Source: a virus (lineage: Duplodnaviria > Caudoviricetes). From it: a DNA stretch of 52,128 nucleotides. The stretch's first letter is position 1; each line of letters begins with the position of its first letter. The notes beneath the pieces were generated by a model. It did no database searches, was not told the origin of the DNA, and saw only the letters and a program-made list of their open reading frames with translations. Of the stretch, positions 38,648-47,971 are shown piece after piece. The stretch spans positions 1-52,128 of IMG/VR virus record IMGVR_UViG_3300005613_000085; one strand, written 5' to 3'. A program made the translations under genes and the position numbers.

Positions 38648-39622
38648 ATGTTTAGGACCATTGAGATTGCAGTAATAACGTTATTAAGTACCATTGCTTT
38701 ATTAGTATCTACAGTTCACATTTGCCCTGCTGGTCAGCCGGAAACTGGTCCCGGCAGTGCCACCTATGCCCATGATAGTGTTCGTCACAGCGAACATGGA
38801 CGAGGAGCTAAAGCTTATCATTTATACGAGCCTGATGAACCTCGCCTGGAATCTGCCCCAATGATCGTGTTCCTTCACGGACTGTTCGGAACAATGCCTA
38901 TGGTTTATGGTGGATGGATTAAACACATAGTAAAAAAAGGTAACATCGTTGTGTTTCCAATCTATCAGTCTCTATTTAGTGGTATTAATGATGTAGTGTT
39001 CTCCAAGAACGCCGCAGTGTCAATTAGAGATGCTATTGAGACGTTAGAGACTAGGCCTGAATTAGATAAAGTAGCATTTGTTGGGCACTCCGCAGGGGGG
39101 TTTCTCGCTGTGAACATTGCAGCCAGTGCTGCTGAATTTGGAGTACCAGCACCCAGAGCAATTATGTGTGTTGCCCCGGGTAAATCACCCATGTTTAGGC
39201 TCAGGCATTTAGATCAAATTGACCCGAGTACACTACTATTGTCTCTTGCTGGGGACAAGGATATAATCGTGGGGAGGAAAGACCCGAAGGCTATATTCAA
39301 CAAAACACCTCAAATTGCTAACCGTAATTACATCCTTGTTAATTCGAGTAGAGGGTTGTCGGCTAATCACTTTGCAGCACTGACAATAGGCTGTGATAAC
39401 ATCGACTACTATGCGTATTGGAAACTATTCGATGGGTTATATAGTGCCGCGTTCTATAATATCTACTGGGAATACTGCTTAGGTGACACTCCGGAACAAA
39501 GGTACATGGGGGTTAGTAGGAGAGGCAGGCCTTATGAAGAATTAACTGTTACATTACCGGACATGTTACTCAGCTATCCGACAACCGACGACGAGTGTAG
39601 TAAATGTCATGATAAATCTTAG
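38648..39622 (+). CDS. Secreted alpha/beta hydrolase (esterase/lipase-like)
   Basis: Hydrophobic N-terminal signal, VFLHG, GHSAGG nucleophile elbow, GDKD, ANHF; C-terminal CSKCH. Confidence 0.85.
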   Translation: MFRTIEIAVITLLSTIALLVSTVHICPAGQPETGPGSATYAHDSVRHSEHGRGAKAYHLYEPDEPRLESAPMIVFLHGLFGTMPMVYGGWIKHIVKKGNIVVFPIYQSLFSGINDVVFSKNAAVSIRDAIETLETRPELDKVAFVGHSAGGFLAVNIAASAAEFGVPAPRAIMCVAPGKSPMFRLRHLDQIDPSTLLLSLAGDKDIIVGRKDPKAIFNKTPQIANRNYILVNSSRGLSANHFAALTIGCDNIDYYAYWKLFDGLYSAAFYNIYWEYCLGDTPEQRYMGVSRRGRPYEELTVTLPDMLLSYPTTDDECSKCHDKS

Positions 39623-39646
39623 ATTAAATTAAGAAGGTATATTGAT

Positions 39647-39883
39647 ATGGGTACGCTAGACAATGCAGTAAAAACAGCAAAGTCATTAGGTAATATGACT
39701 CCGGCTTCAGAGTTACCTCTGTTTGATACTGGAGGGTATTTAATGAATAAGGTTAAATGGAAGAATAAAGAGGAGAGGAGGAATAGGAAGAATGAATATA
39801 GTTTATCAAAGGTTATAAGAGCTCGTAATAAAGCAGGGCAAGGTAACAAATACTATAAACCTGTTAAACAAAAGGAGCTATAA
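39647..39883 (+). CDS. Hypothetical basic protein
   Basis: RBS AAGG; fills the gap before the GT cluster. Confidence 0.5.
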   Translation: MGTLDNAVKTAKSLGNMTPASELPLFDTGGYLMNKVKWKNKEERRNRKNEYSLSKVIRARNKAGQGNKYYKPVKQKEL

Positions 39884-39885
39884 AT

Positions 39886-41169
39886 ATGAAAATTGCATTA
39901 ATGACTAACTTCAGTAAGTTCCAACCTTATTACTCATTAACATACGTCGTCAAAGATACGGCAGAAATGCTTGCCAGATACAATCACGAAGTCCATCTAT
40001 TTGTCTCCAATAAATGGAGAGATGCTGAAGATCAATTCGCGCCGGGGGTTATAGTAGAGAAGAAAGTACCTCACGGTAATCTCAGAGATTACGGACCCAA
40101 TGAAGAGGAACTTATACCTGAACATAAGTTACTCCGCAACAATACTGCACAGATGTTTAGAAAAGAACTTGCTGAAGGGTATGAGTTGGCAATCACAGAG
40201 GATTTTGTATTCCAGAACTGGAACAAGCCTTATGGATTAGCTATTCAAGATGCGACAAAGGATCTTCCAAACGTCCGCTGGCTGCATAGAATCCATTCTG
40301 TACCAACAGTACAAACTACTTGGTGGAATATCAGGAATTACGGGGGTAAACATAAATTAGTCTATCCGAATAAAACCGATGCATTGAGAGTTGCTGAGAT
40401 GTATAAAGGATGGTTGGAAGATGTAAGAGTCATCCCGCATATCAAAGACCTCCGGACTTGGTTTGAATTCGGCCAAGACACAAGGGATATTATTGACTGG
40501 TGCCCGCAGATTATGCAAGCTGATATCGTTCAAATCTATCCTTGCAGTGTTGATCGATTACATGCGAAGAGGTTAGATGTTGTCATTAATATCATAGCCA
40601 ATATCAAACGCCAGATGCGCTCAGTGTGTCTCGTTGTCGTACCTCAATGGTGTACGCACGATAAACAAAGAGCGATAATGGAAGAGTATAAAGTTCTGGC
40701 AGTAAAACAGGGATTAGATATCGGTACTGATATTGTATTTACGCCTGAATACCCAGGGGCTCCGAAAAGATTCGCTGTTGGTGTGGATCGTAGAGTTATA
40801 AGGGAATTGCAATTATGCTCTAATTTATTTATATTCCCTACTGATCATGAAACATTCGGATTAGTCTTGCCTGAAGCCTGTATCACTGGTTGTCCTATTA
40901 CTGTATTGAATCGATCACTAGCAATGATGCCTGAAATCTCAGGGTACAATGGCTTATTCTTTGACTTTGGATCTTATACTCAGAGAGTTGATCGTCCTTC
41001 AGAATCCACTGATCGGTTTTATAAAGATCTTGCTATGATTATATTAGGGGAATATAACCATAATAAACCAGTGCAAATGAAGACTTGGATGAGACAGAAA
41101 TATAACATGAACAGAATATATCATCATTACTACGCCCCTATCATAGCGGAGAGTAAACAATGGGCCTAA
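39886..41169 (+). CDS. Glycosyltransferase, GT-B fold (GT4-like)
   Basis: MKIALMT, HEVHLFV, NLFIFPTDHETFGLVLPEACITG (Ex7E). Confidence 0.85.
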   Translation: MKIALMTNFSKFQPYYSLTYVVKDTAEMLARYNHEVHLFVSNKWRDAEDQFAPGVIVEKKVPHGNLRDYGPNEEELIPEHKLLRNNTAQMFRKELAEGYELAITEDFVFQNWNKPYGLAIQDATKDLPNVRWLHRIHSVPTVQTTWWNIRNYGGKHKLVYPNKTDALRVAEMYKGWLEDVRVIPHIKDLRTWFEFGQDTRDIIDWCPQIMQADIVQIYPCSVDRLHAKRLDVVINIIANIKRQMRSVCLVVVPQWCTHDKQRAIMEEYKVLAVKQGLDIGTDIVFTPEYPGAPKRFAVGVDRRVIRELQLCSNLFIFPTDHETFGLVLPEACITGCPITVLNRSLAMMPEISGYNGLFFDFGSYTQRVDRPSESTDRFYKDLAMIILGEYNHNKPVQMKTWMRQKYNMNRIYHHYYAPIIAESKQWA

Positions 41170-41231
41170 GAAACCTATGCGATATTTTTAGAAAATTAGA
41201 TTATGTATACATTAATGAAGGAGTTAATTTT

Positions 41232-41585
41232 ATGGATGCAGACATAAATGAAGTATCTATTAACGGTAGTGTTTATGTATTAAAAGCCGACAAGCAAGAA
41301 GTAATTAAAAATTATGTAATTATCCGTACATACGCAGCAGGTTGTCATGCCGGTGAGCTTGTTAGTAAGAATGATACTGTAGTAACTCTGCGTAATGCTC
41401 GCAGGTTGTATTACTGGTCCGGAGCTGCTACACTATCTCAACTAGCAATGGAGGGTGTAAGTAAGCCAGAGAAGTGTAAGTTCCCTTGTGAGGTAGGAGA
41501 AATTACACTACAATGGATAGAAATAATCCCATGTACTCAAAAAGCTATAGATAGTATAAAGGGGGTCACTATATGGTCAGCATAG
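41232..41585 (+). CDS. Conserved small phage protein (DUF6948-like)
   Basis: YVIIRTYAAGCHAGEL...NARRLYYWSGAATLSQLAMEG...IEIIPCT; RBS AGGAG before ATG 41232. Confidence 0.7.
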   Translation: MDADINEVSINGSVYVLKADKQEVIKNYVIIRTYAAGCHAGELVSKNDTVVTLRNARRLYYWSGAATLSQLAMEGVSKPEKCKFPCEVGEITLQWIEIIPCTQKAIDSIKGVTIWSA

Positions 41586-41815
41586 AAATTAACGGAGACA
41601 GAAACGGAGATGGATACGGAGACAAATACGGAGACGGATACGGATACGGACACGGACACGGACACAGATACGGAGACGGAGACGGATACGGACACGGACA
41701 CGGAACCGGATACGGAAACGGAGACGGAACCGGAAACGGAGACAGACCCGGAGACGGAAACGGAAACGGAGACGGAAACGGAAACGGAGACAGATGCGGA
41801 CACGGACACGGGTAA
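41573..41815 (+). CDS. Gly-X dipeptide repeat protein (GDGYGHGNG)
   Basis: RBS AAGGGGG; hexamer repeat GGA-NNC. Confidence 0.65.
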   Translation: MVSIEINGDRNGDGYGDKYGDGYGYGHGHGHRYGDGDGYGHGHGTGYGNGDGTGNGDRPGDGNGNGDGNGNGDRCGHGHG

Positions 41816-41847
41816 TTATAATATTTTATAAAACTAAGGAGTAATAC

Positions 41848-42057
41848 ATGAACAACAAACGTGAATGTGGTAAAGAGTTAATATGTCATACATGTGTATA
41901 TGGTAGTGGAGGTCATAGTATCAGTGGGCATTGTAAAGCTAAGTCCCCTATCATATCTTCCGGCATGACAAACATTGTTGTTTGCAGTCAATATTACGAT
42001 ATATTAACCGCGGAATGTAAACCTGAGAGGCCAATAAAAGGAGGCACAGATGATTAA
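41848..42057 (+). CDS. Small Cys-rich hypothetical protein
   Basis: RBS AAGGAG; CHTC...C...C. Confidence 0.65.
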   Translation: MNNKRECGKELICHTCVYGSGGHSISGHCKAKSPIISSGMTNIVVCSQYYDILTAECKPERPIKGGTDD

Positions 42058-42298
42058 AAGTAAAGTAGTAAATAAAAGCTCGGTACCAGTAGTTAATCTT
42101 ATAGATAAATACCCATGTGTAGGTATCTCGGATAATGGTACAGTCGTCTTATTTACATCCCCGCCGTCATACGGGGTGGTTTTACATGTCGATGATAACA
42201 ACCCTCATAATACTATAGGGGAGATTTCAGCTTCATGGGCGTTGGATGTATTTACACTACTTCCAAAGGACAAGCACGTGGAGATCAGTAATGCCTAA
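42050..42298 (+). CDS. Hypothetical protein, similar to ORF 152..559
   Basis: RBS AGGAGG; YPCVGISDNGTVVLFT...GVVLH...W..D.F..L. Confidence 0.7.
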   Translation: MIKSKVVNKSSVPVVNLIDKYPCVGISDNGTVVLFTSPPSYGVVLHVDDNNPHNTIGEISASWALDVFTLLPKDKHVEISNA

Positions 42299-43433
42299 AC
42301 AAAAACTCATCTACTTATATACATCAGACCGACCAGCAAATGACGCTAAACGTGAAATCGTCATGACCCCTACTAAGAATAAATTCGCCACTGAAGCCCC
42401 TACTGACGGTATGATCAAAATGTGGTGCGAACTCGCTGGCCGGGACATTGTGAATCAAGTTGACATCTTCATTGACTCCCACATTAACTGTGGTTACAAA
42501 GCTTTAACACCGAAAGCCAATCTCTATGTAGTACCGAACATGGATATCGTCAGGGATTATATTTCCCCTGGCGATATCGTTATCGCTCGTGGCGGGTTCA
42601 AACCTTGGTATAAAACACTGACTGAGATCTACAATGAAAGGCAGAATTGGATACTGTTCTACCGTGCTAATACCAATCGCAATCCTTGGCCGTTCTGGGA
42701 TATTATATTGGATGACCTGTTGCGAAAGTCATCGGTAATGCACTTGAATCGCTTCTGGTTTAAGTTTTCTAAGCCTGTTAATGAAGAGATATTTAAATAC
42801 GATCCGAAGATTGGCAAGAGCTATGGCAAGCATTATAATGTCTGTATCGGTGCGAGTCACGTTCACAAGAAGAAAGGCCAGTTCGTAGGCGTGAGAGCAT
42901 TAAAAGCGTATACTAAATACTATAATCATAAACTCTCAGCGGTGCTGCCTGGTGGATTTATCTCTTGCATGTATAATAGAGAAATACTTGATGCTCATAG
43001 CCGGGGTATAGTCGATGTGACTCGCCATATGACAAGGCAATTATTGTGTGAGTTATTTAATCGTACTGAAGTGTTTATTCATGCCGGTCCTGGGGGTCAA
43101 AACGACCGTGGGGTGTTAGAAGCTATGTGTTGTGGACTGCCTGTGATATTAACATCACCGAAGAGGTTTAGTGACTTTGTATCTTACGGTCCCAATGCCG
43201 TAGCTAAACAAGATCCGTTGGATATTGCACATTGGATTAGATCGATACGTAAGGATTCACCTACTCGCAGTGGTGTTAAGCAGTGGTACCAAGAACATAA
43301 CGGGTTAAATGAAGTTTGTATACCAAAGATGATTAAGTTATTTAACTGGATGAATCAATTCTCCGGTCCAGTCAGGCCTAAGATGAAGAACCCGAGGGAG
43401 ATTGTTCCCTGGGTTAAGGAGAGTGGTATATGA
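42291..43433 (+). CDS. Glycosyltransferase, GT-B fold (GT4-like)
   Basis: HKKKGQ, VFIHAGPGGQNDRGVLEAMCCGLPVI; start re-called at ATG 42291. Confidence 0.8.
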   Translation: MPKQKLIYLYTSDRPANDAKREIVMTPTKNKFATEAPTDGMIKMWCELAGRDIVNQVDIFIDSHINCGYKALTPKANLYVVPNMDIVRDYISPGDIVIARGGFKPWYKTLTEIYNERQNWILFYRANTNRNPWPFWDIILDDLLRKSSVMHLNRFWFKFSKPVNEEIFKYDPKIGKSYGKHYNVCIGASHVHKKKGQFVGVRALKAYTKYYNHKLSAVLPGGFISCMYNREILDAHSRGIVDVTRHMTRQLLCELFNRTEVFIHAGPGGQNDRGVLEAMCCGLPVILTSPKRFSDFVSYGPNAVAKQDPLDIAHWIRSIRKDSPTRSGVKQWYQEHNGLNEVCIPKMIKLFNWMNQFSGPVRPKMKNPREIVPWVKESGI

Positions 43434-43642
43434 GATTAATTAAAACATATGATATATTTGTACCCGCTGAGGATGTTCATGAAGCAGTCTCCGATAAGCA
43501 TACCGATCTCGTAAAACATGCTAATGTATATAATCTACTCCGCGAGGCATTTAAACTTGGTAGAGAAGCTGAACAAAAGGATAGAGCAGAAGAAGCCGCA
43601 GCTAAAGAAGGAGGCATAGTTCACAGTGTACAATCTAAATGA
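43430..43642 (+). CDS. Hypothetical protein
   Basis: ATGA-coupled 70-aa ORF. Confidence 0.6.
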   Translation: MRLIKTYDIFVPAEDVHEAVSDKHTDLVKHANVYNLLREAFKLGREAEQKDRAEEAAAKEGGIVHSVQSK

Positions 43643-44288
43643 AGCATACAATCAGAAATTCTTCGCACGCCGCAGATCCCTTGAATGGCGCGTGCCGATA
43701 TTCGTCGATGCCATCGAACAAGTCTATCACCCTCGAACTCTAATCGACTTCGGTTGCGGTGACGGTGATTTAGTCCGAGGGTTTAACTCTGTCGGTGTCA
43801 ACGCATTTGGAGTCGAAGGCACAGTTAATTGCTTACCTTATATAAGACTTGCAGTGGCAAAGATACCAGATCCGGACAATCCACCTTTATTAGGTATTCA
43901 GAATCGTATTATGATTCATGATTTGAGAAAGCCAATCGTAAAACTATTTGAGTATGATGATTTTAACCTCAACTCCGGTGTAGATGTTGCACTGTGTCTG
44001 GAAGTTGCTGAACATCTCGAAGAAGAATTCGCACATAATTTAATTCGTAATATCATTCTGTCTTCAGATAAGATTGTCTTTACTGCTGCACCTCCAGGAC
44101 AAGAAGGTAATCACCATGTTAATCTCAAATCCCGTGATTGGTGGATTGGATTATTCGGCGAGTATAAATACGTGTTTGATTATGAATCAACAAGCATGGT
44201 TAAGTATTTATTAGAGAGATCTGGTAAAGCTAAAGTCAAGGGGATTAAAGCTTGGTACCAGAACTTAATGTGTTTTAAAGGGGTATAA
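43626..44288 (+). CDS. Class I SAM-dependent methyltransferase
   Basis: LIDFGCGDG, CLEVAEHL, FTAAPPGQEGNHHVN; RBS GGAGG before GTG. Confidence 0.88.
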   Translation: MYNLNEAYNQKFFARRRSLEWRVPIFVDAIEQVYHPRTLIDFGCGDGDLVRGFNSVGVNAFGVEGTVNCLPYIRLAVAKIPDPDNPPLLGIQNRIMIHDLRKPIVKLFEYDDFNLNSGVDVALCLEVAEHLEEEFAHNLIRNIILSSDKIVFTAAPPGQEGNHHVNLKSRDWWIGLFGEYKYVFDYESTSMVKYLLERSGKAKVKGIKAWYQNLMCFKGV

Positions 44289-44289
44289 A

Positions 44290-45114
44290 ATGAAACTTGA
44301 TATTACAATGACAGCAACGAAACGCCCGGCTATACTGGAACGTACTTTACGTAGTTTCAGGCAGAACTTATTCCGCCCTAATTTATGCATCGACTACCAA
44401 TTGATAGTCAACGTAGATCCAATAGGCGAAATGGTACCTATCAGTTATATCCATGATCTATGTGCTGATTTCTTTCCTCATCCGATTATCATCACGCAAC
44501 CTACAGCACATTTCGGTGTAGCTTTTCACCGTGTATGGTTTTTGGCAGATTACAGACAGGGATTTGATTGGAGACCAGAATTTATATTCCACCTTGAAGA
44601 TGACTGGGAATGTACAAGGACTGTGGATTTGTATGCGATGATCGACAGTATGCGTAGTGGGTATAAAATAGGGATGTTAAGACTATCAACAGTAGGTACT
44701 GAAGGTAATTGTCTGAGACAATGGGGGCATACTTTTAATTGGAATGGTGAGTTTTATGAAATACCAGATGAAGATCAAGCCAAACTCAGGGTTTCAGGAC
44801 ATCCATCGTTGATTAATCCAGAGTTCATTCATCAAGTCTTACCTTATATGAACCCGGATAAAAATCCAGAGAAACAGCTATGTGAAGGTTCACCATTCAT
44901 TGGACTGATTATTAAACAATATCGTTTCGGAGTATTCAACACGCCTGGATTACCAGCAAATATCCGCGACATCGGGCGTGAATGGATGATTAAGAATGGA
45001 TTTAATAAACAAGGCAATAAGGCCTACTTTACACAATGGGAGAATAAGAATGGAAGAGAAGAAAGAAGTGAAAGAAGTTCAGAAGCAAGAACAGCTTGTG
45101 AATCAGTCTACTAA
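44290..45114 (+). CDS. Glycosyltransferase, GT-A fold
   Basis: ITMTATKRPAILERTLRSF, FIFHLEDDW, HPSL, DIG. Confidence 0.75.
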   Translation: MKLDITMTATKRPAILERTLRSFRQNLFRPNLCIDYQLIVNVDPIGEMVPISYIHDLCADFFPHPIIITQPTAHFGVAFHRVWFLADYRQGFDWRPEFIFHLEDDWECTRTVDLYAMIDSMRSGYKIGMLRLSTVGTEGNCLRQWGHTFNWNGEFYEIPDEDQAKLRVSGHPSLINPEFIHQVLPYMNPDKNPEKQLCEGSPFIGLIIKQYRFGVFNTPGLPANIRDIGREWMIKNGFNKQGNKAYFTQWENKNGREERSERSSEARTACESVY

Positions 45115-45427
45115 TTCGCAGATACCAGTACAGAAAGAGAATATAAAAGAACCTCAGCCTGTACAACCTACAAATCCGAAGCGCCGGGTAAGAAAGATCG
45201 ATGATATTATTAACTTCGATGGAGAACTATACAGAGTCTATAAGATAAAAGACGATGGAAAGAAAGTCGGTCTGTGTCGGTTAAGTCGAGAAGAACAACA
45301 TAAAGTTCGCTTAAAAATCCAAGCACAGCAAGAAGCCGCGATTCGTAGAACAAAAGAACTTGGAGTTGATCAGAAGAGAGTAATTGATGTACCACCAGTA
45401 GAGCAATCAAAGGGGGCTATTAAGTGA
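45050..45427 (+). CDS. Hypothetical protein
   Basis: Charged ORF within the GT operon; start re-called at ATG 45050. Confidence 0.55.
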   Translation: MEEKKEVKEVQKQEQLVNQSTNSQIPVQKENIKEPQPVQPTNPKRRVRKIDDIINFDGELYRVYKIKDDGKKVGLCRLSREEQHKVRLKIQAQQEAAIRRTKELGVDQKRVIDVPPVEQSKGAIK

Positions 45428-46461
45428 AACTTTCAGTCATAATACCTTTCGTCAATGAGTACCCGCAGATTATTTTCACGCTGCAATCCGTATTCAACGA
45501 AATCAAAGACATCGACGCAGAGGTTATTGCAATTGACAACTTCTGCCCGGAAATATTAGAGCAAGAATATGAAACACCATCAAATGTTTGTTCGTTCTGC
45601 TTTGAAAAGCTCGATGTGTACCGTACACGGGACTGCGGAGGATTTCAAGTTAAAGGGTATTCCGAGAAGATCACGAACCTTAAATACGAAGTATATGACA
45701 AGAAACTCTCCCACTGGAACGCAAAAAACCACGGGGTCCGGAGGTCTGAAGGTTCCGTGTTGTTGTTCTTAGACGCACATGTGGTTCCCAGTCCGGGTAG
45801 TATTAAACTTATGTATGATAGGTTCGTACTTGAAAACCCCAACGGCACATATCATCTTCCCCTAACTTACATGCTAGACCTCAAAAAGCAGCTCAAATAT
45901 CGACTCGATGTTGACCCCTCACGTTCGTATTTCGGGTATAGTTTTGCAGGATATGAACCAGTACAGGCTAGGCCAGAAGCTGTAGCATGTATGTCAACGT
46001 GTGGCATGATGATGACAAGAGAACTATTCGATCAAATGGGTGGTTGGCCGGAAGAACTCGGTATCTACGGCGGTGGTGAAAACTATATGAACTTCGTCCT
46101 TGCTACCATGGGTAACTCCAAATGGGTATGTCCTGTGGGGCCGTTGTATCACCTCGCTGCACCGAGAGGGTATTATTATAACTACGATGACTTTATCCGT
46201 AACCGTGCTATTGCTATGTATATGACGACAGGTTCTATAGAAGAGGCTTGGAATTATCTAAAACACTGTCAAGGTAATAATGAAATACTGCGTAGTATTT
46301 ATGCGAGTATATTTGAGACAGGATCGAGTCAATATAGTATCCGGAAACACCAAGAGCAGTTGAAGAATCATCAGGTTATTGATATTCATACTTGGTTGGA
46401 TCAAATGAAGTCCAAGGGGTTGTATGATGGATCGATATCTAAGAAGGAGTATGTTTCATGA
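45424..46461 (+). CDS. GT-A glycosyltransferase with DxH and Gal/GalNAc-T-like motifs (copy 1)
   Basis: LSVIIPFVNE, AKNHGV..S.G..LLFLDAH, MGGWPEELGIYGGGENY, LYH. Confidence 0.85.
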   Translation: MKLSVIIPFVNEYPQIIFTLQSVFNEIKDIDAEVIAIDNFCPEILEQEYETPSNVCSFCFEKLDVYRTRDCGGFQVKGYSEKITNLKYEVYDKKLSHWNAKNHGVRRSEGSVLLFLDAHVVPSPGSIKLMYDRFVLENPNGTYHLPLTYMLDLKKQLKYRLDVDPSRSYFGYSFAGYEPVQARPEAVACMSTCGMMMTRELFDQMGGWPEELGIYGGGENYMNFVLATMGNSKWVCPVGPLYHLAAPRGYYYNYDDFIRNRAIAMYMTTGSIEEAWNYLKHCQGNNEILRSIYASIFETGSSQYSIRKHQEQLKNHQVIDIHTWLDQMKSKGLYDGSISKKEYVS

Positions 46462-47474
46462 AAAAGCTGTCAGTAATAATGCCTTTTGTCAATGAAGCCT
46501 GGGCAGCATTCACTCTCCAATCTCTTATCTTAGAGCTTGAACAATCCGACTTTGAATGGGAGATCATCTGTATCAACAACTGGTGCGAGCGGGTAGCGAA
46601 TCAAGTTATTAACTCAGAACCACCAAGGACTAGAGTAGAATTAAATCAATTCATATACAAAACAGATGACCGTTGGGGCCAGAAAATGCAAGGTCTCTGT
46701 GCGGTAAGGAGTAATACAATTTATGTGGAATTCACCGACAAGCTCTCCCACTGGAATGCCAAGAATGCCGGAGTGGAAAGATCAACCGGAGATATCTTAT
46801 TCTTTATCGACGCACATTGCCTTATTACCCAAGGAAGACTCAGGCAAATGTATGAATGTTATGTGGAGAATGCCGATGAGATTCACGGGTCACTGCACCT
46901 CCCCATTGCATATCTTGGTGCCAACGCGGGTCAAAGTCTCATATATAAACCGGTAATGACACCAGAGAAAGGTGAATATCACTACTCTTTTACTCGGTAC
47001 AGAACATCAAACCATCCATACACTGTTCCCTGTATGTCTACATGCGGAATGATGCTATCAAAAGAGATATTTAATAACCTCGGCGGCTGGCCTAAAGAAC
47101 TCGGGATCTATTCAGGGGGTGAGCATTTTATGAACTTCACCCTCGCTGTCCTCGGCTATAACAAAGTGATATTCCCTGGACTACCACTGTACCATGAAGG
47201 CAAAGAGAGGAGAGGTTATTCATCTGATGCCAGTGATATGATTCGCAATAGATTCATTGCAACATATATGTACGGTGGCGATGACTTGTTAGAGCTATAT
47301 GCTAAGTATTCAAAAGGCCGACCTAATGTAAAGGAGATGTATGTTGAAGAGATTAAAAACAAATGTCATACACAGAGAAGTATGATAGCCCTAAGCCAGA
47401 AATGCTATATTGATTATTGGTGGAAAGGCTGGGCAGGGAGATTGTTATCAATTAACATGGAGCCATACAAATAA
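46458..47474 (+). CDS. GT-A glycosyltransferase with DxH and Gal/GalNAc-T-like motifs (copy 2)
   Basis: LSVIMPFVNEAW, STGDILFFIDAHC, LGGWPKELGIYSGGEHF; clear paralog of copy 1. Confidence 0.85.
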   Translation: MKKLSVIMPFVNEAWAAFTLQSLILELEQSDFEWEIICINNWCERVANQVINSEPPRTRVELNQFIYKTDDRWGQKMQGLCAVRSNTIYVEFTDKLSHWNAKNAGVERSTGDILFFIDAHCLITQGRLRQMYECYVENADEIHGSLHLPIAYLGANAGQSLIYKPVMTPEKGEYHYSFTRYRTSNHPYTVPCMSTCGMMLSKEIFNNLGGWPKELGIYSGGEHFMNFTLAVLGYNKVIFPGLPLYHEGKERRGYSSDASDMIRNRFIATYMYGGDDLLELYAKYSKGRPNVKEMYVEEIKNKCHTQRSMIALSQKCYIDYWWKGWAGRLLSINMEPYK

Positions 47475-47971
47475 TGCATGATGAATCGATGAAAGCAATG
47501 GGGGACTTCCTTGGCACTTTAGAGTTTTACGAACATTATAATATACTTGAAGTGGGGTCATTAAGAGTAGGTGGGGATCGATCTTACGCAGATCTCATGC
47601 CCGCGCACTGGAATTATACTGGATTAGATTTAGTAGCTGGCCCTAATGTAGATATCGTAGCAGAACATCCTTATGCTTACCCATTCTTACCTAATAAATT
47701 CGATATCATTATCTCCGGCCAGGCAATCGAACACGTTGAAGATCCATTTAGATGGGCTGCGGAACTCTATAGAATATTAAAACCAGGCGGTCAAATCTGT
47801 ATCATCGGCCCTTCGACAGGACCGGAGCATCATCGACCTGATTACTGGCGGATATTACCAGATGGTATGATTGCATTGTTACATGCCGGGGGGTTTATTG
47901 AAATAGTAATTACACCATATAATGACCGTAGATGGCATACATTGAGAGCTGTAGCGAGTAAATTAAAATGA
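47474..47971 (+). CDS. Class I SAM-dependent methyltransferase
   Basis: ILEVGS, YTGLD...GPNVD, FDIIISGQAIEHV, RILKPGG, DYWR. Confidence 0.88.
   Translation: MHDESMKAMGDFLGTLEFYEHYNILEVGSLRVGGDRSYADLMPAHWNYTGLDLVAGPNVDIVAEHPYAYPFLPNKFDIIISGQAIEHVEDPFRWAAELYRILKPGGQICIIGPSTGPEHHRPDYWRILPDGMIALLHAGGFIEIVITPYNDRRWHTLRAVASKLK

Noticed and set aside
41537-41831. Asp/Glu-Thr frame (41610..41831) and minus-strand Ser-Val ORF
   Set aside because: The Gly-X frame has the RBS and the overlap with the upstream gene; the others follow from the hexamer repeat
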